Source of the DNA: Thermoanaerobaculia bacterium
GTDB lineage: Bacteria; Acidobacteriota; Thermoanaerobaculia; UBA5066
Reading direction: 5' to 3'
NCBI GenBank assembly: GCA_963816185.1
Contig: CAWFJJ010000005.1
Coordinates: 64,001 to 128,000 of the forward strand
DNA length: 64,000 nucleotides
The notes beneath the pieces are model-generated. The model saw only the letters and a program-made list of their open reading frames with translations, did not search any database and had not been told where the DNA came from. Below are positions 30,314-38,915 of this stretch, one piece after another. Each line of letters begins with the position of its first letter. Positions within the stretch are counted from its first letter, which is position 1. Both the position numbers and the translations under genes were made by a program.

Positions 30314-33300
30314 GTGACGCGGCGGAGGGATCCGCTTCTTCAGACGCTCGCCGCCGCGCCCGCGGTGCAGCGTCTGGCCGGGCGGATCGAGGCGGGGGTT
30401 CTCGGGACGTCGCCGGGGAGCGTGTCTCTTTCGGGGGCGCCCCCCGGCCTTCTGCCCTACCTCCTCGAGGCCATCGGCGCCCCGCTTGGGCTGAGATGGC
30501 TCGTCGTGTTCGCGCACGAGCGCGATGCCACGGCCTTCTCGCGCGACTCGGCGAGCGTTCTCGGCGCGGAGCGCGTGGCGTTCTTTCCGGCGCCCGCGCT
30601 CTCGCCCTACCAGCAGATCGCGCCGTCTCTGAAGGTGCGGCGCGAGGAGTTCGGGACTCTGACACGCCTCGCGGAAGGCTCGGTGGATCTCCTTGTCGTC
30701 CCGGCGCGAGCCCTTCTTCGGCGCCTGCCGCAGGCGGATGAATTCAAGAAACGCACGCGCGTGCTCGGGGTGGGCGACGAGGCGCCGCCCGCGCGCATCG
30801 CCGAGTCGCTCCTCGACGAAGGCTACCAACGCGCCGATCTCGTGACCGAGACCGGCGATCTCGCCGTCCGCGGGGGGCTTCTCGACGTCTTCCCGCCGCA
30901 CCTTCCGGAGCCTGTGCGGATCGAGTTCGACCTGAACGCGATCGCCTCGATCCGGTCTTTCGACCCCGACACGCAGCGGTCGACGGGCACGCTTTCGACC
31001 GTGTCGCTCCCGCCGATGGCGCTCGCGCCCGACACGCGGGCCACACGCGAGACGGCGCAGCGCGTTCTCGCCGCCTGCCGAACCGCCGCCGACGACCCGC
31101 CGGTGCCGCGCGACCTTTCTCTCGCGCGCCACAACGACGGCCTCGAGGAGCTGCTGCCGCTTCTGGCCTCGGACGAAGCTCATGTCCTCGACCATGCCGG
31201 GAGCTTCGTCGTCGCCGTGGACGACCCCGACGCGGTCGCCTTAGAGCTCGTCCGCGCCGCGGACGTCCTCAATCTCGACTACGAGAATGCCCGCCGGAAA
31301 GGGCGCGTCGTGCCCGATCCGACTCGTCTCGCGGGAGACGCGGACCGGCTGATCCAGGAGCTCGAAGAGCGCGCCCTGGTCGCGCTCCAACCGGCCGTGC
31401 CGACGGGCGAGACGATCCCGATCGGAGCGGAGTCCGTTTCGTCGTTCGAGGACCGGCTTCCGGACGCGACGAAGGAGATCGCGCGCGCGCGGAGGGACAG
31501 CCTCGCCGTCGTGCTCGCCGCCGCGACGAAGGGCGAACGCGAGCACGTGGAGCGGCTCCTCGAAGAATACGAGATCGACCATCAGGGAAGGGCCGAGGAC
31601 GTGGTCTCGCCACTCGCGCCGGGGGCGTGCCGCGTCCTTTCAGGCGGCCCGCGCTCGGGATTCCTGTTCCGCTCGGCGGGCGTTTTGCTCCTCACGGCGG
31701 GAGACCTCTTCGGCGAGCCGCGCACCCAGGCGCCGAGAAGAAAATCCGCGTCGGAGGCGTTCCTTTCGGACCTGCGCGACCTGAAGGTGGGCGACATCGT
31801 CGTGCACCGCGACTACGGGCTGGGGCGGTTCGCCGGTCTCGCGCACGTCGAAGATGCTGGCCTCACGCGTGAGATGGTGGACGTTCGGTACGCGGGAGAC
31901 GCGAAGCTGCTCGTCCCGGTCGAGCGCCTGGACCTCATCCAGAAATACGCCGCCGCCGGCGAAGGACCGCTCCCCGCGCTCGACAGGCTCGGCGGCCTCG
32001 GCTGGGAGCGGCGGAAATCCTCGGTCAAGAAGGCCGTGAAAGACATCGCCGACCAGCTCCTGAAGCTCTACGCACGCCGCGCGGCCGCGCCGGGGCATGC
32101 GTTCTCGAAGGACTCGTCCTGGCAGAAGGAGTTCGAAGAGGCTTTCGAGTACACGGAGACGCCCGACCAGGCCGCGGCGATCCGCGACGTGAAGCGGGAC
32201 ATGGAGTCGGACAAGCCGATGGACCGGCTGCTCTGCGGCGACGTGGGATACGGGAAAACCGAGGTCGCGATGCGGGCGATCTTCAAGTGCGTCCTCGACG
32301 GCAAGCAAGCCGCGCTTCTTTCGCCCACGACGATCCTCTCGGACCAGCACTTCCGCACGCTGAAGAGGCGGTTCGCGGCGTTCCCGGTGGCGATCGACAT
32401 CCTGACGCGTTTTCGCGGGAAGGATGAGCAGAAGGAGCTGCTCCGGCGCCTTCAGGAGGGAACGCTCGACGTCGTGGTCGGGACGCACCGGCTCTTGAGC
32501 AAAGACGTCGCGTTCAAGGACCTCGGCCTTCTCGTCGTGGACGAGGAGCAGCGCTTCGGCGTGGCGCAGAAGGAGCGCATCAAGGACTGGCGCGCGTCGG
32601 TGGACGTCCTCGCGATGTCGGCGACTCCGATTCCGCGCTCTCTCCACCTGTCGCTCGCGGGCATCCGCGACCTGTCCGTCATCGAGACGCCGCCGAAGGA
32701 TCGCCTCGCGATCGCGACGCACGTCGTGCCGGTGGACGATGCGGTCATCCGCGACGCGATTCGCGCGGAGGTCGACCGCGGAGGGCAGGTTTTTGTCGTC
32801 CACAACCGGATCGAGTCGCTCGGCTTCTGGCGCGAGAGGCTCGCGACGCTCGTGCCGGAAGTCCGGGTCGTCACGGCCCACGGGCAGATGTCGGAAGGCG
32901 AGCTCGAGCGTGCGATGCGCGCGTTCGTCACACGAGCGGCCGATCTCCTGCTCGCCACGACGATCGTCGAGAACGGCCTCGACATCCCGTCGGCGAACAC
33001 GATGCTCATCGACCGTGCCGAGATGTACGGTCTTTCGCAGCTCTACCAGCTCCGCGGGCGCGTCGGTCGCAGCGACAAGGCCGCGGAGTGCTGGCTCCTC
33101 GTCCCGCCCGGGATCGCGGTCTCGGACGACGCGCGACGGCGCCTCCGCGCGATCCAGGAATTCTCGGATCTCGGCGCGGGATTCCGCATCGCGGCGAAGG
33201 ACCTCGAAATCCGCGGCGCGGGAAATCTCCTCGGCGGGGAGCAGTCCGGGCATATCGAGTCGGTGGGATTCGAGACCTACGTGAACCTCCTCGAGGAGGC

Positions 33301-33826
33301 GATGGCCGAGTTGAAGGGCGAGCCGATGCCCGAGACGCGCGACGTGACCATTCAGCTCGGCGTGCCGCTCGCAATTCCTGCGGCGTGGATTCCCGAAGAA
33401 AGCCTGCGCATGGCCCTGTACAAGAGAATCGCCGCGGCGTCCGACGAGGAGACGCTCCGGCTCGAGGCCGCGACCGCGGCCGACCGCTACGGCACGCCCC
33501 CGCCGGCGTTCTCCCGGCTGCTCGACCTCGCACGCCTCCGCCTCCTCGCGCGCGCCCTCGGCGTCAAGGCGCTCCGGCGAAGAGGCGACGAGCTAGCCGC
33601 CTCGCTGGAGAAAGATCACGGCCTCGATCCCGACAAGGTCGTCGCGGTGCTCCGGAAGGGGGATCTCTTCGCATCCGGCCCCGATGCCTTCCGGCTACCG
33701 AGGGCGTTCGCCGGAATTCCGGCCGACGGCGTGGGCGTCCCCGGCCGCGCGGCGCGCGTCCTCCTCGATCTCGCCGGAAAGCATGGCGCGGCTCTGCCTC
33801 TTTCGCTTCTCGCGGAGGCCGTGTGA
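30314..33826 (+). CDS. mfd: Transcription-repair coupling factor
   Basis: UvrB-like N-terminus, GDIVVHRDYG RID, GDVGYGKTEV, VDEEQRFG, SATPIPR, QLRGRVGR, TRCF C-terminus. Confidence 0.97.
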   Translation: MTRRRDPLLQTLAAAPAVQRLAGRIEAGVLGTSPGSVSLSGAPPGLLPYLLEAIGAPLGLRWLVVFAHERDATAFSRDSASVLGAERVAFFPAPALSPYQQIAPSLKVRREEFGTLTRLAEGSVDLLVVPARALLRRLPQADEFKKRTRVLGVGDEAPPARIAESLLDEGYQRADLVTETGDLAVRGGLLDVFPPHLPEPVRIEFDLNAIASIRSFDPDTQRSTGTLSTVSLPPMALAPDTRATRETAQRVLAACRTAADDPPVPRDLSLARHNDGLEELLPLLASDEAHVLDHAGSFVVAVDDPDAVALELVRAADVLNLDYENARRKGRVVPDPTRLAGDADRLIQELEERALVALQPAVPTGETIPIGAESVSSFEDRLPDATKEIARARRDSLAVVLAAATKGEREHVERLLEEYEIDHQGRAEDVVSPLAPGACRVLSGGPRSGFLFRSAGVLLLTAGDLFGEPRTQAPRRKSASEAFLSDLRDLKVGDIVVHRDYGLGRFAGLAHVEDAGLTREMVDVRYAGDAKLLVPVERLDLIQKYAAAGEGPLPALDRLGGLGWERRKSSVKKAVKDIADQLLKLYARRAAAPGHAFSKDSSWQKEFEEAFEYTETPDQAAAIRDVKRDMESDKPMDRLLCGDVGYGKTEVAMRAIFKCVLDGKQAALLSPTTILSDQHFRTLKRRFAAFPVAIDILTRFRGKDEQKELLRRLQEGTLDVVVGTHRLLSKDVAFKDLGLLVVDEEQRFGVAQKERIKDWRASVDVLAMSATPIPRSLHLSLAGIRDLSVIETPPKDRLAIATHVVPVDDAVIRDAIRAEVDRGGQVFVVHNRIESLGFWRERLATLVPEVRVVTAHGQMSEGELERAMRAFVTRAADLLLATTIVENGLDIPSANTMLIDRAEMYGLSQLYQLRGRVGRSDKAAECWLLVPPGIAVSDDARRRLRAIQEFSDLGAGFRIAAKDLEIRGAGNLLGGEQSGHIESVGFETYVNLLEEAMAELKGEPMPETRDVTIQLGVPLAIPAAWIPEESLRMALYKRIAAASDEETLRLEAATAADRYGTPPPAFSRLLDLARLRLLARALGVKALRRRGDELAASLEKDHGLDPDKVVAVLRKGDLFASGPDAFRLPRAFAGIPADGVGVPGRAARVLLDLAGKHGAALPLSLLAEAV

Positions 33827-34686
33827 GGCGCCGGCCGGCCCCCCTCGTCTCGGTGCTCGTCGTGCTCTGCGCCGCCGGGGGCTGCGCGAAGAAGGGCGGC
33901 CCCCGCGCCGCGGCCCGGCCGGAGACCGTCGCGATGGTCGGCGAGAGGCCCGTCACGCTCGACGAGTTCATGGCCTGGGCGAAGAAGGCGACGAGCGAGG
34001 ATCTGGTGAACGTCTCGCCGCGCGTCCTCTCGAGCCTCCTCGATCAGTACCTCGAAGAGCAGCTGCTGGCGCGGGCGGTCGAAGCTGCCGAGCCTCCGGT
34101 CCCGGGCGCGAATCCCGCGGAGAAGCGCCGTGCGTTTCTCGCCCGCTCGGCCGGGCTCGAGACGCTTCAGGACTCGGACTTCCGAAGAGAATACGACGCC
34201 CACCCCGAACGCTACAAGAGGCCGGCCCTCGTCCGCGCCTCGCAGCTTCTCTTCCCGACGAAGGAAAGCGCCGACGCCGCCGTGAAACGGCTCGATCTCG
34301 GCGCTGCCTGGCTGGACGTGTCGAAGGAATCCAGTATCGCGCCGAACGCCGCGTCCGGCGGTTCGCTCGGCCTGCTGGCTCGCACGGACCTTCCGCGCGA
34401 GTTCGAAAAAGCCGTGTGGAGCCTTCCCGCGGGTATGAGGAGCCCGGTGGTCGCGACGCCGCACGGCTTCCACGTGTTTCGGATGGACGAGCGGCTGGAC
34501 GCGCGCGACGTGACGTTCGAAGAGGCGCTGCCGGCGCTTCGGGTGGCTGTGGCCGAGGAGCGGAGCTCGAAAGCCGTGGAGGATACGATTGCCGGAGCGC
34601 GCCTCCGCTTCCCCTTGACCGTCATCGAGGATCACTTGCCCTTCCCTTACGTCGGAACGAACGCCCACCACCCGGCCCAGCGGTGA
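33823..34686 (+). CDS. PpiC/parvulin-type peptidyl-prolyl isomerase, likely lipoprotein
   Basis: Lipobox-like AGGC; GGSLG...EFEKAVW...TPHGFHVF. GTG start overlaps the mfd stop. Confidence 0.8.
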   Translation: MRRRPAPLVSVLVVLCAAGGCAKKGGPRAAARPETVAMVGERPVTLDEFMAWAKKATSEDLVNVSPRVLSSLLDQYLEEQLLARAVEAAEPPVPGANPAEKRRAFLARSAGLETLQDSDFRREYDAHPERYKRPALVRASQLLFPTKESADAAVKRLDLGAAWLDVSKESSIAPNAASGGSLGLLARTDLPREFEKAVWSLPAGMRSPVVATPHGFHVFRMDERLDARDVTFEEALPALRVAVAEERSSKAVEDTIAGARLRFPLTVIEDHLPFPYVGTNAHHPAQR

Positions 34687-34725
34687 AAGCGGGACCCCGG
34701 CCCGGTTTTCGCTAGACTGCTCCTC

Positions 34726-35769
34726 GTGAAGTCATTCCGGCTCTCTCGCGTCCTTCCCTTCGTCGTGCTGGCCGCGGTCACGTTCGTCTCCGTGCCGCTC
34801 TTGGCCGGCGAGGTCATCAATCGCATCCTCGTCCACGTGAACTCGCGCATCATCACGCAGAGCCAGTTCGACGCGCGCGTCGAGCAGAACATGCGCGAGA
34901 ACGGCCCCCCGCCCGACGCCGCCAGAGGCGAGGAGATGAAGAAGAGCGTGATGCTGGAGCTCGTAAACGAGGCGCTCCTCGAAGACCGCGCCAGGGAGCT
35001 CGACCTCGTCACGACCGACGCCGAGATCGAGGATCAGATCAAGCGGCTCAAGGAGCAGAACAACGTCACGACGGACGAGGACTTTTCGAAGGCCCTCGCC
35101 CAGTCGGGTCTCACGATCGACCGCCTGCGCGACCAGCTCCGCCGTACCGTGACGCTGCAGCGCGTCGTGGGACGCGAGGTGAACAGCAAGGTCGACCTGT
35201 CCGACGACGCCCTGCGCATCATCTACGAGCGTGAGAAAGAGACCTGGCGGGTGCCCGAGAAGGCGCATCTCGCAGAGATCCTCGTGTCGAACAGCGACGA
35301 TCCCGCGCGGGCGGCACGCCGGGCGAAGGAGGCGTCGGACCTCATCAAGGGCGGCGCGAAGTTCGAGGAGGTCGTGAAGGACTATTCCGACGGCGCGACG
35401 AAGAACCGGGGCGGCGACCTCGGACTCGTCACGAAAGGCGAGCTCACCGACGAGATCGACAAGGCCGTGTTCTCGCTGCCCGTCGGCTCGGTGTCGGACC
35501 CGATCGGGACGAAGTTCGGCTGGCACCTCGTGAAGGTGATCGACAAGATCCCGGTTTCCTACAAGCCGTTCGCCGACGTGAAAGCCGAGCTGTTGAAGCG
35601 CGAACAGGACACCCAGTTCCAGAAGAAGCTCGCCGAGTATCTCGACAAGCTCAAGAGCGACGCCGTCATCCGCGTCTCGCCGCAAGGGCAGGCGTATTAC
35701 ACGCCTCCGGCGGGTGTCGCAGTGCCGACGCCGGCACCGGCGCTCACGGGGAAGAAAAAGAAGAAGTAG
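34726..35769 (+). CDS. SurA-like peptidyl-prolyl isomerase/chaperone
   Basis: Signal peptide, INRILVHVNSRIIT SurA N-domain, rotamase GGDLG...TKFGWHLVKV. Confidence 0.88.
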   Translation: MKSFRLSRVLPFVVLAAVTFVSVPLLAGEVINRILVHVNSRIITQSQFDARVEQNMRENGPPPDAARGEEMKKSVMLELVNEALLEDRARELDLVTTDAEIEDQIKRLKEQNNVTTDEDFSKALAQSGLTIDRLRDQLRRTVTLQRVVGREVNSKVDLSDDALRIIYEREKETWRVPEKAHLAEILVSNSDDPARAARRAKEASDLIKGGAKFEEVVKDYSDGATKNRGGDLGLVTKGELTDEIDKAVFSLPVGSVSDPIGTKFGWHLVKVIDKIPVSYKPFADVKAELLKREQDTQFQKKLAEYLDKLKSDAVIRVSPQGQAYYTPPAGVAVPTPAPALTGKKKKK

Positions 35770-35777
35770 CCGCCGGC

Positions 35778-36917
35778 TCAGCTCGCGATCAGCTCGGCGC
35801 GCCAGCGGGACAGCCCGCCTTGCTCGACGAGGAGATCCGCCGTGAGACGTCCATTCGCGCGGCGCGCGCGCGCCGCTGCGGTCAGGACCGCACGGGACGC
35901 GAGGATGCCGGGGTCGAGCCCGAGCGTCGCGGCTTTCGCGTCACGTGACTTCTTGAGGGTCTCCACCTCGCGCTCGAGCGCAGGATCGACCTCGATCCGC
36001 TCGCCGCGACGAGCCTTCGGCCATTCGGCCGGTGTGAGAGCGCCGGTGCGCGCGAGAACCTCGTCGAGGGCTCCCGCGAACGAATCCGGCAGCGAGCGCG
36101 GGCCGGGGAACAGCTTTCTCAGATCTCGTTCGCCGCCGGCGGCCGTCTTTGCCGCGAGGAGCAGGCGCTCGTTCGTGAGGACGCGGAACGGGGGCAGGTC
36201 GAGAGCGCGGGAGCGGGTCTCGCGCGCCTGCCACAGGGCGCGCGCGAACGCGCGTTCCTTGTCCGTGAAGGCGTTCGTCCCCTTGATCCGCCAGTCGTTC
36301 TCCGGGTCGGCTTCACGCCCGGCGGGAAAAACCGTCCCGGCCAGCCGGGCGCATTCCTCGGCGTGCCACGCGAGCCGGCCCTTGACCTCGAGGTCCCGCG
36401 TGAGCGACTCCACGAGCGCGGCGAGGTGGAGGACGTCCGCGGCGGCGTAGGCGACCATCGGCGGCGTGAGCGGCCGCGCGCTCCAGTCGGCTCTCTGGTA
36501 CTTCTTGTCGAGACTGACACCCGCGCGGGCGGAGAGGAGCGCCGCCAGGCCGATCTCCTTTTCGCCGACCAGCTGCGCCGCGAGCATCGTGTCGAAGATG
36601 GAGGCCGCGCGAAAGCCGTATCCCCGAAAGAGGAGCCTGAGGTCGTAGTCGGCGCCGTGCATGAGAAGCCGGCGGGGAGCGAGCCGCTCGAGGAGAGCGG
36701 GGAGGTCGAGCGGCGCGAGCGGGTCCACGAGGTAGGCCGTGCCGTTCCAGGCGAGCTGCAGGAGGCAGACTTTCTCGAAGTAGTGGTGGAACGAGTCCGC
36801 CTCCGTGTCTAGCGCGACGTCGGCCTCGGACCGCTCGTCGAGGGCGCCGAGGAGGTGAACGAAAGAGTCCGGGTCGTGCACAAGTCGCGGGGTCGACGGG
36901 GTCGCGGAAGCGGTCAC
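35778..36917 (-). CDS. rnd: Ribonuclease D family (3'-5' exonuclease + HRDC)
   Basis: ALDTEADSFHHY, CLLQL, HGADYD, FDT, QRADWSARPL, YAAADV, HRDC region. Start approximate. Confidence 0.85.
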   Translation of the reverse strand: MTASATPSTPRLVHDPDSFVHLLGALDERSEADVALDTEADSFHHYFEKVCLLQLAWNGTAYLVDPLAPLDLPALLERLAPRRLLMHGADYDLRLLFRGYGFRAASIFDTMLAAQLVGEKEIGLAALLSARAGVSLDKKYQRADWSARPLTPPMVAYAAADVLHLAALVESLTRDLEVKGRLAWHAEECARLAGTVFPAGREADPENDWRIKGTNAFTDKERAFARALWQARETRSRALDLPPFRVLTNERLLLAAKTAAGGERDLRKLFPGPRSLPDSFAGALDEVLARTGALTPAEWPKARRGERIEVDPALEREVETLKKSRDAKAATLGLDPGILASRAVLTAAARARRANGRLTADLLVEQGGLSRWRAELIAS

Positions 36918-36978
36918 CTCCGGAGAGGGTACACCGCGGGGGCGCCAGCCGCAACATCTCTCCCGGCAGGGATTTCCC

Positions 36979-37047
36979 TTGACGCCCTGCCTCTTTTCGC
37001 CGGATACTCGCGAGTGGAAAAAAGTGGTTAGTAATGGCGTCTTGTGG
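36979..37047 (+). promoter_or_regulatory. dcw promoter with four MraZ-box-like (G/A)TGG repeats at 10-bp spacing
   Basis: TTGACG (36979) ... GATACT (37003); GTGG at 37014, 37024 and 37044, ATGG at 37034. Confidence 0.7.
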
Positions 37048-37100
37048 ATCCGAAGGGATTCTCGCGACGCCAGCCCCGGCTTTTGTCCCAGAGGAACATT

Positions 37101-37547
37101 ATGGACCGGCTTAGAGGCAGCGCGGAAACGACGGTGGACGAGAAGGGCCGCTTCAAGGTCCCGTCCGTCTTCCGCGGGCCGATCGAGGAGACGTTCGGGC
37201 CCGAGTTCTTCCTGACGTCCATTTCCGGTGTCGACGTTCTGATCTTTCCGATGCCCGTCTGGAACGCGCTCGAGGAGAAGCTCGCCGCGATGCCCGCGAT
37301 CCATCGCGCGAAAGCGAAGTTCCAGGAGCGTTTCAACACGTATGGACAGGTCGCGCGGATGGACGCGCAGGGCCGGCTTCTCGTGCCCTCGCTCCTGCGC
37401 GAGGTTTCGGCGCTCGAGGGCGATGCGCTCGTTCTCGGCCAGACCGACCACCTGAAGCTCGTCGATCGCGCAAAGCATCTCAAGAGCCTGCGCTCGGCCA
37501 CGATCACGGATGAGGACTACGACGAACTCGCTCGCCATCTCGTCTGA
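37101..37547 (+). CDS. mraZ: Transcriptional regulator MraZ
   Basis: VDEKGRFKVP and MDAQGRLLVP repeats; GAGGA RBS; first gene of the dcw cluster. Confidence 0.93.
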   Translation: MDRLRGSAETTVDEKGRFKVPSVFRGPIEETFGPEFFLTSISGVDVLIFPMPVWNALEEKLAAMPAIHRAKAKFQERFNTYGQVARMDAQGRLLVPSLLREVSALEGDALVLGQTDHLKLVDRAKHLKSLRSATITDEDYDELARHLV

Positions 37548-37553
37548 CCCGCC

Positions 37554-38525
37554 ATGGCCGAAGCCGGCATGGCCCACGTCCCGGTCCTGCTCCGGGAGGT
37601 CGTCGCGGCGCTCCGGCCGGAGCGCGGCGGAATCTACGTCGACGCGACGATCGGCCTCGGCGGCCACGCACAGGCGCTCCTCGAAGCCTCTCGCGACGTG
37701 CGTGTCGTCGGGATCGATCGCGATCCCGAAGCCCTGCGCCTCGCGAGAGAGCGGCTCACGGCGTTCGGGACACGCCTCGTCCTCGTGGAAGGTCGCCACG
37801 AGGACCTCGCGGAGCATCTCGATCGCCTCGGCCTCGCGCGGGTCGACGGGGTCCTCGCGGATCTCGGCGTCTCGTCGATGCAGCTCGACCGGGCGGAGCG
37901 AGGGTTTTCGTTCATGAAAGAAGGTCCGCTCGACATGCGCATGGGCGCCGACGGGCCGACGGCCGCCGACCTCGTGGCGACGGCCTCTCGCGAGGAGCTG
38001 ACGCGGATTTTCCGCGAATGGGGGGAGGAGCGCATGGCGGGACCGATCGCCCGTACGGTGGTGGAAGCTCGGAAGACGACTCCGATCCGAACGACCGGCG
38101 AGATGAGGCGGCTCGTGCTGAAGGTGATCAAGCCGCGGCGCGAGAAGCACAAGGATCCCGCGACCCGAGTCTTCCAGGCCCTGCGCATCGCGACGAATCA
38201 CGAGCTCGTCGAGCTCGAGCGGTTTCTCGACGATGCGATCGCACGACTCGCGCTCGGCGCCCGGCTCTCCGTGCTTTCGTATCACTCTCTCGAGGACCGC
38301 ATCGTCAAGCGCGTGTTCCAGCGCCACACGGCGGGCTGCACGTGCCCGCCCTCGTTCCCGGTGTGCGTGTGCTCGCGACGCCGCGTCATGGCCCTTGTCA
38401 CGCGCAAGTCCATTCGGCCCTCGCTGGCCGAGCTCGGCGGGAATCCCCGGGCGCGCTCGGCGCGGATGCGCGTGCTCGAGCGCGTCGCCGAGGACGGCGC
38501 CGGTCCGCTCACGCCTCAAGGTTAG
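37554..38525 (+). CDS. rsmH: 16S rRNA m4C1402 methyltransferase
   Basis: HVPVLL, DATIGLGGH, DLGVSSMQLD, GPLDMRM, FQALRI, SYHSLEDR, NPRARSA. Confidence 0.97.
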   Translation: MAEAGMAHVPVLLREVVAALRPERGGIYVDATIGLGGHAQALLEASRDVRVVGIDRDPEALRLARERLTAFGTRLVLVEGRHEDLAEHLDRLGLARVDGVLADLGVSSMQLDRAERGFSFMKEGPLDMRMGADGPTAADLVATASREELTRIFREWGEERMAGPIARTVVEARKTTPIRTTGEMRRLVLKVIKPRREKHKDPATRVFQALRIATNHELVELERFLDDAIARLALGARLSVLSYHSLEDRIVKRVFQRHTAGCTCPPSFPVCVCSRRRVMALVTRKSIRPSLAELGGNPRARSARMRVLERVAEDGAGPLTPQG

Positions 38526-38534
38526 GCCCAGTCC

Positions 38535-38915
38535 ATGGCCTACGCGGTCCGTCGCCCGGTCGAAAACGTCTATCTCGTGCGGGAACGCGACCGGCGGCGA
38601 ACGCGCGAGCTCGTCGCCCTCGCCCTGGCGGCGGTGCCGCCGGCGATCGTCCTCTTTCTCGCGATCTGGGCGAACCTCGAGACGGTGCGCCTCGGGTACC
38701 AGCTCGCGACGCTCTCGCGCATGCGAGAGACGCTGCTCGAGAGGAGACACCTGCTCGAGATGGACCGCGCGCAGGCTCTGGCGCTTCAACGCGTTGAGCG
38801 AATCGCGCGCGGCACGCTCGGCCTCGTGCCGCCCACTCTCGATCAGGTCATCCTCGTGAAGGACACGGCTCTCGCCCCGCCACCGGCGCCCACGCCGGGA
38901 AAGGCCCTGCCCTGA
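38535..38915 (+). CDS. ftsL: Cell division protein FtsL
   Basis: TM segment + coiled coil + 'RVERIAR..LG' between rsmH and ftsI. Confidence 0.8.
   Translation: MAYAVRRPVENVYLVRERDRRRTRELVALALAAVPPAIVLFLAIWANLETVRLGYQLATLSRMRETLLERRHLLEMDRAQALALQRVERIARGTLGLVPPTLDQVILVKDTALAPPPAPTPGKALP

Noticed and set aside
37014-37047. 10-bp periodic GTGG repeats as a novel element
   Set aside because: They match the known MraZ operator arrangement upstream of mraZ.
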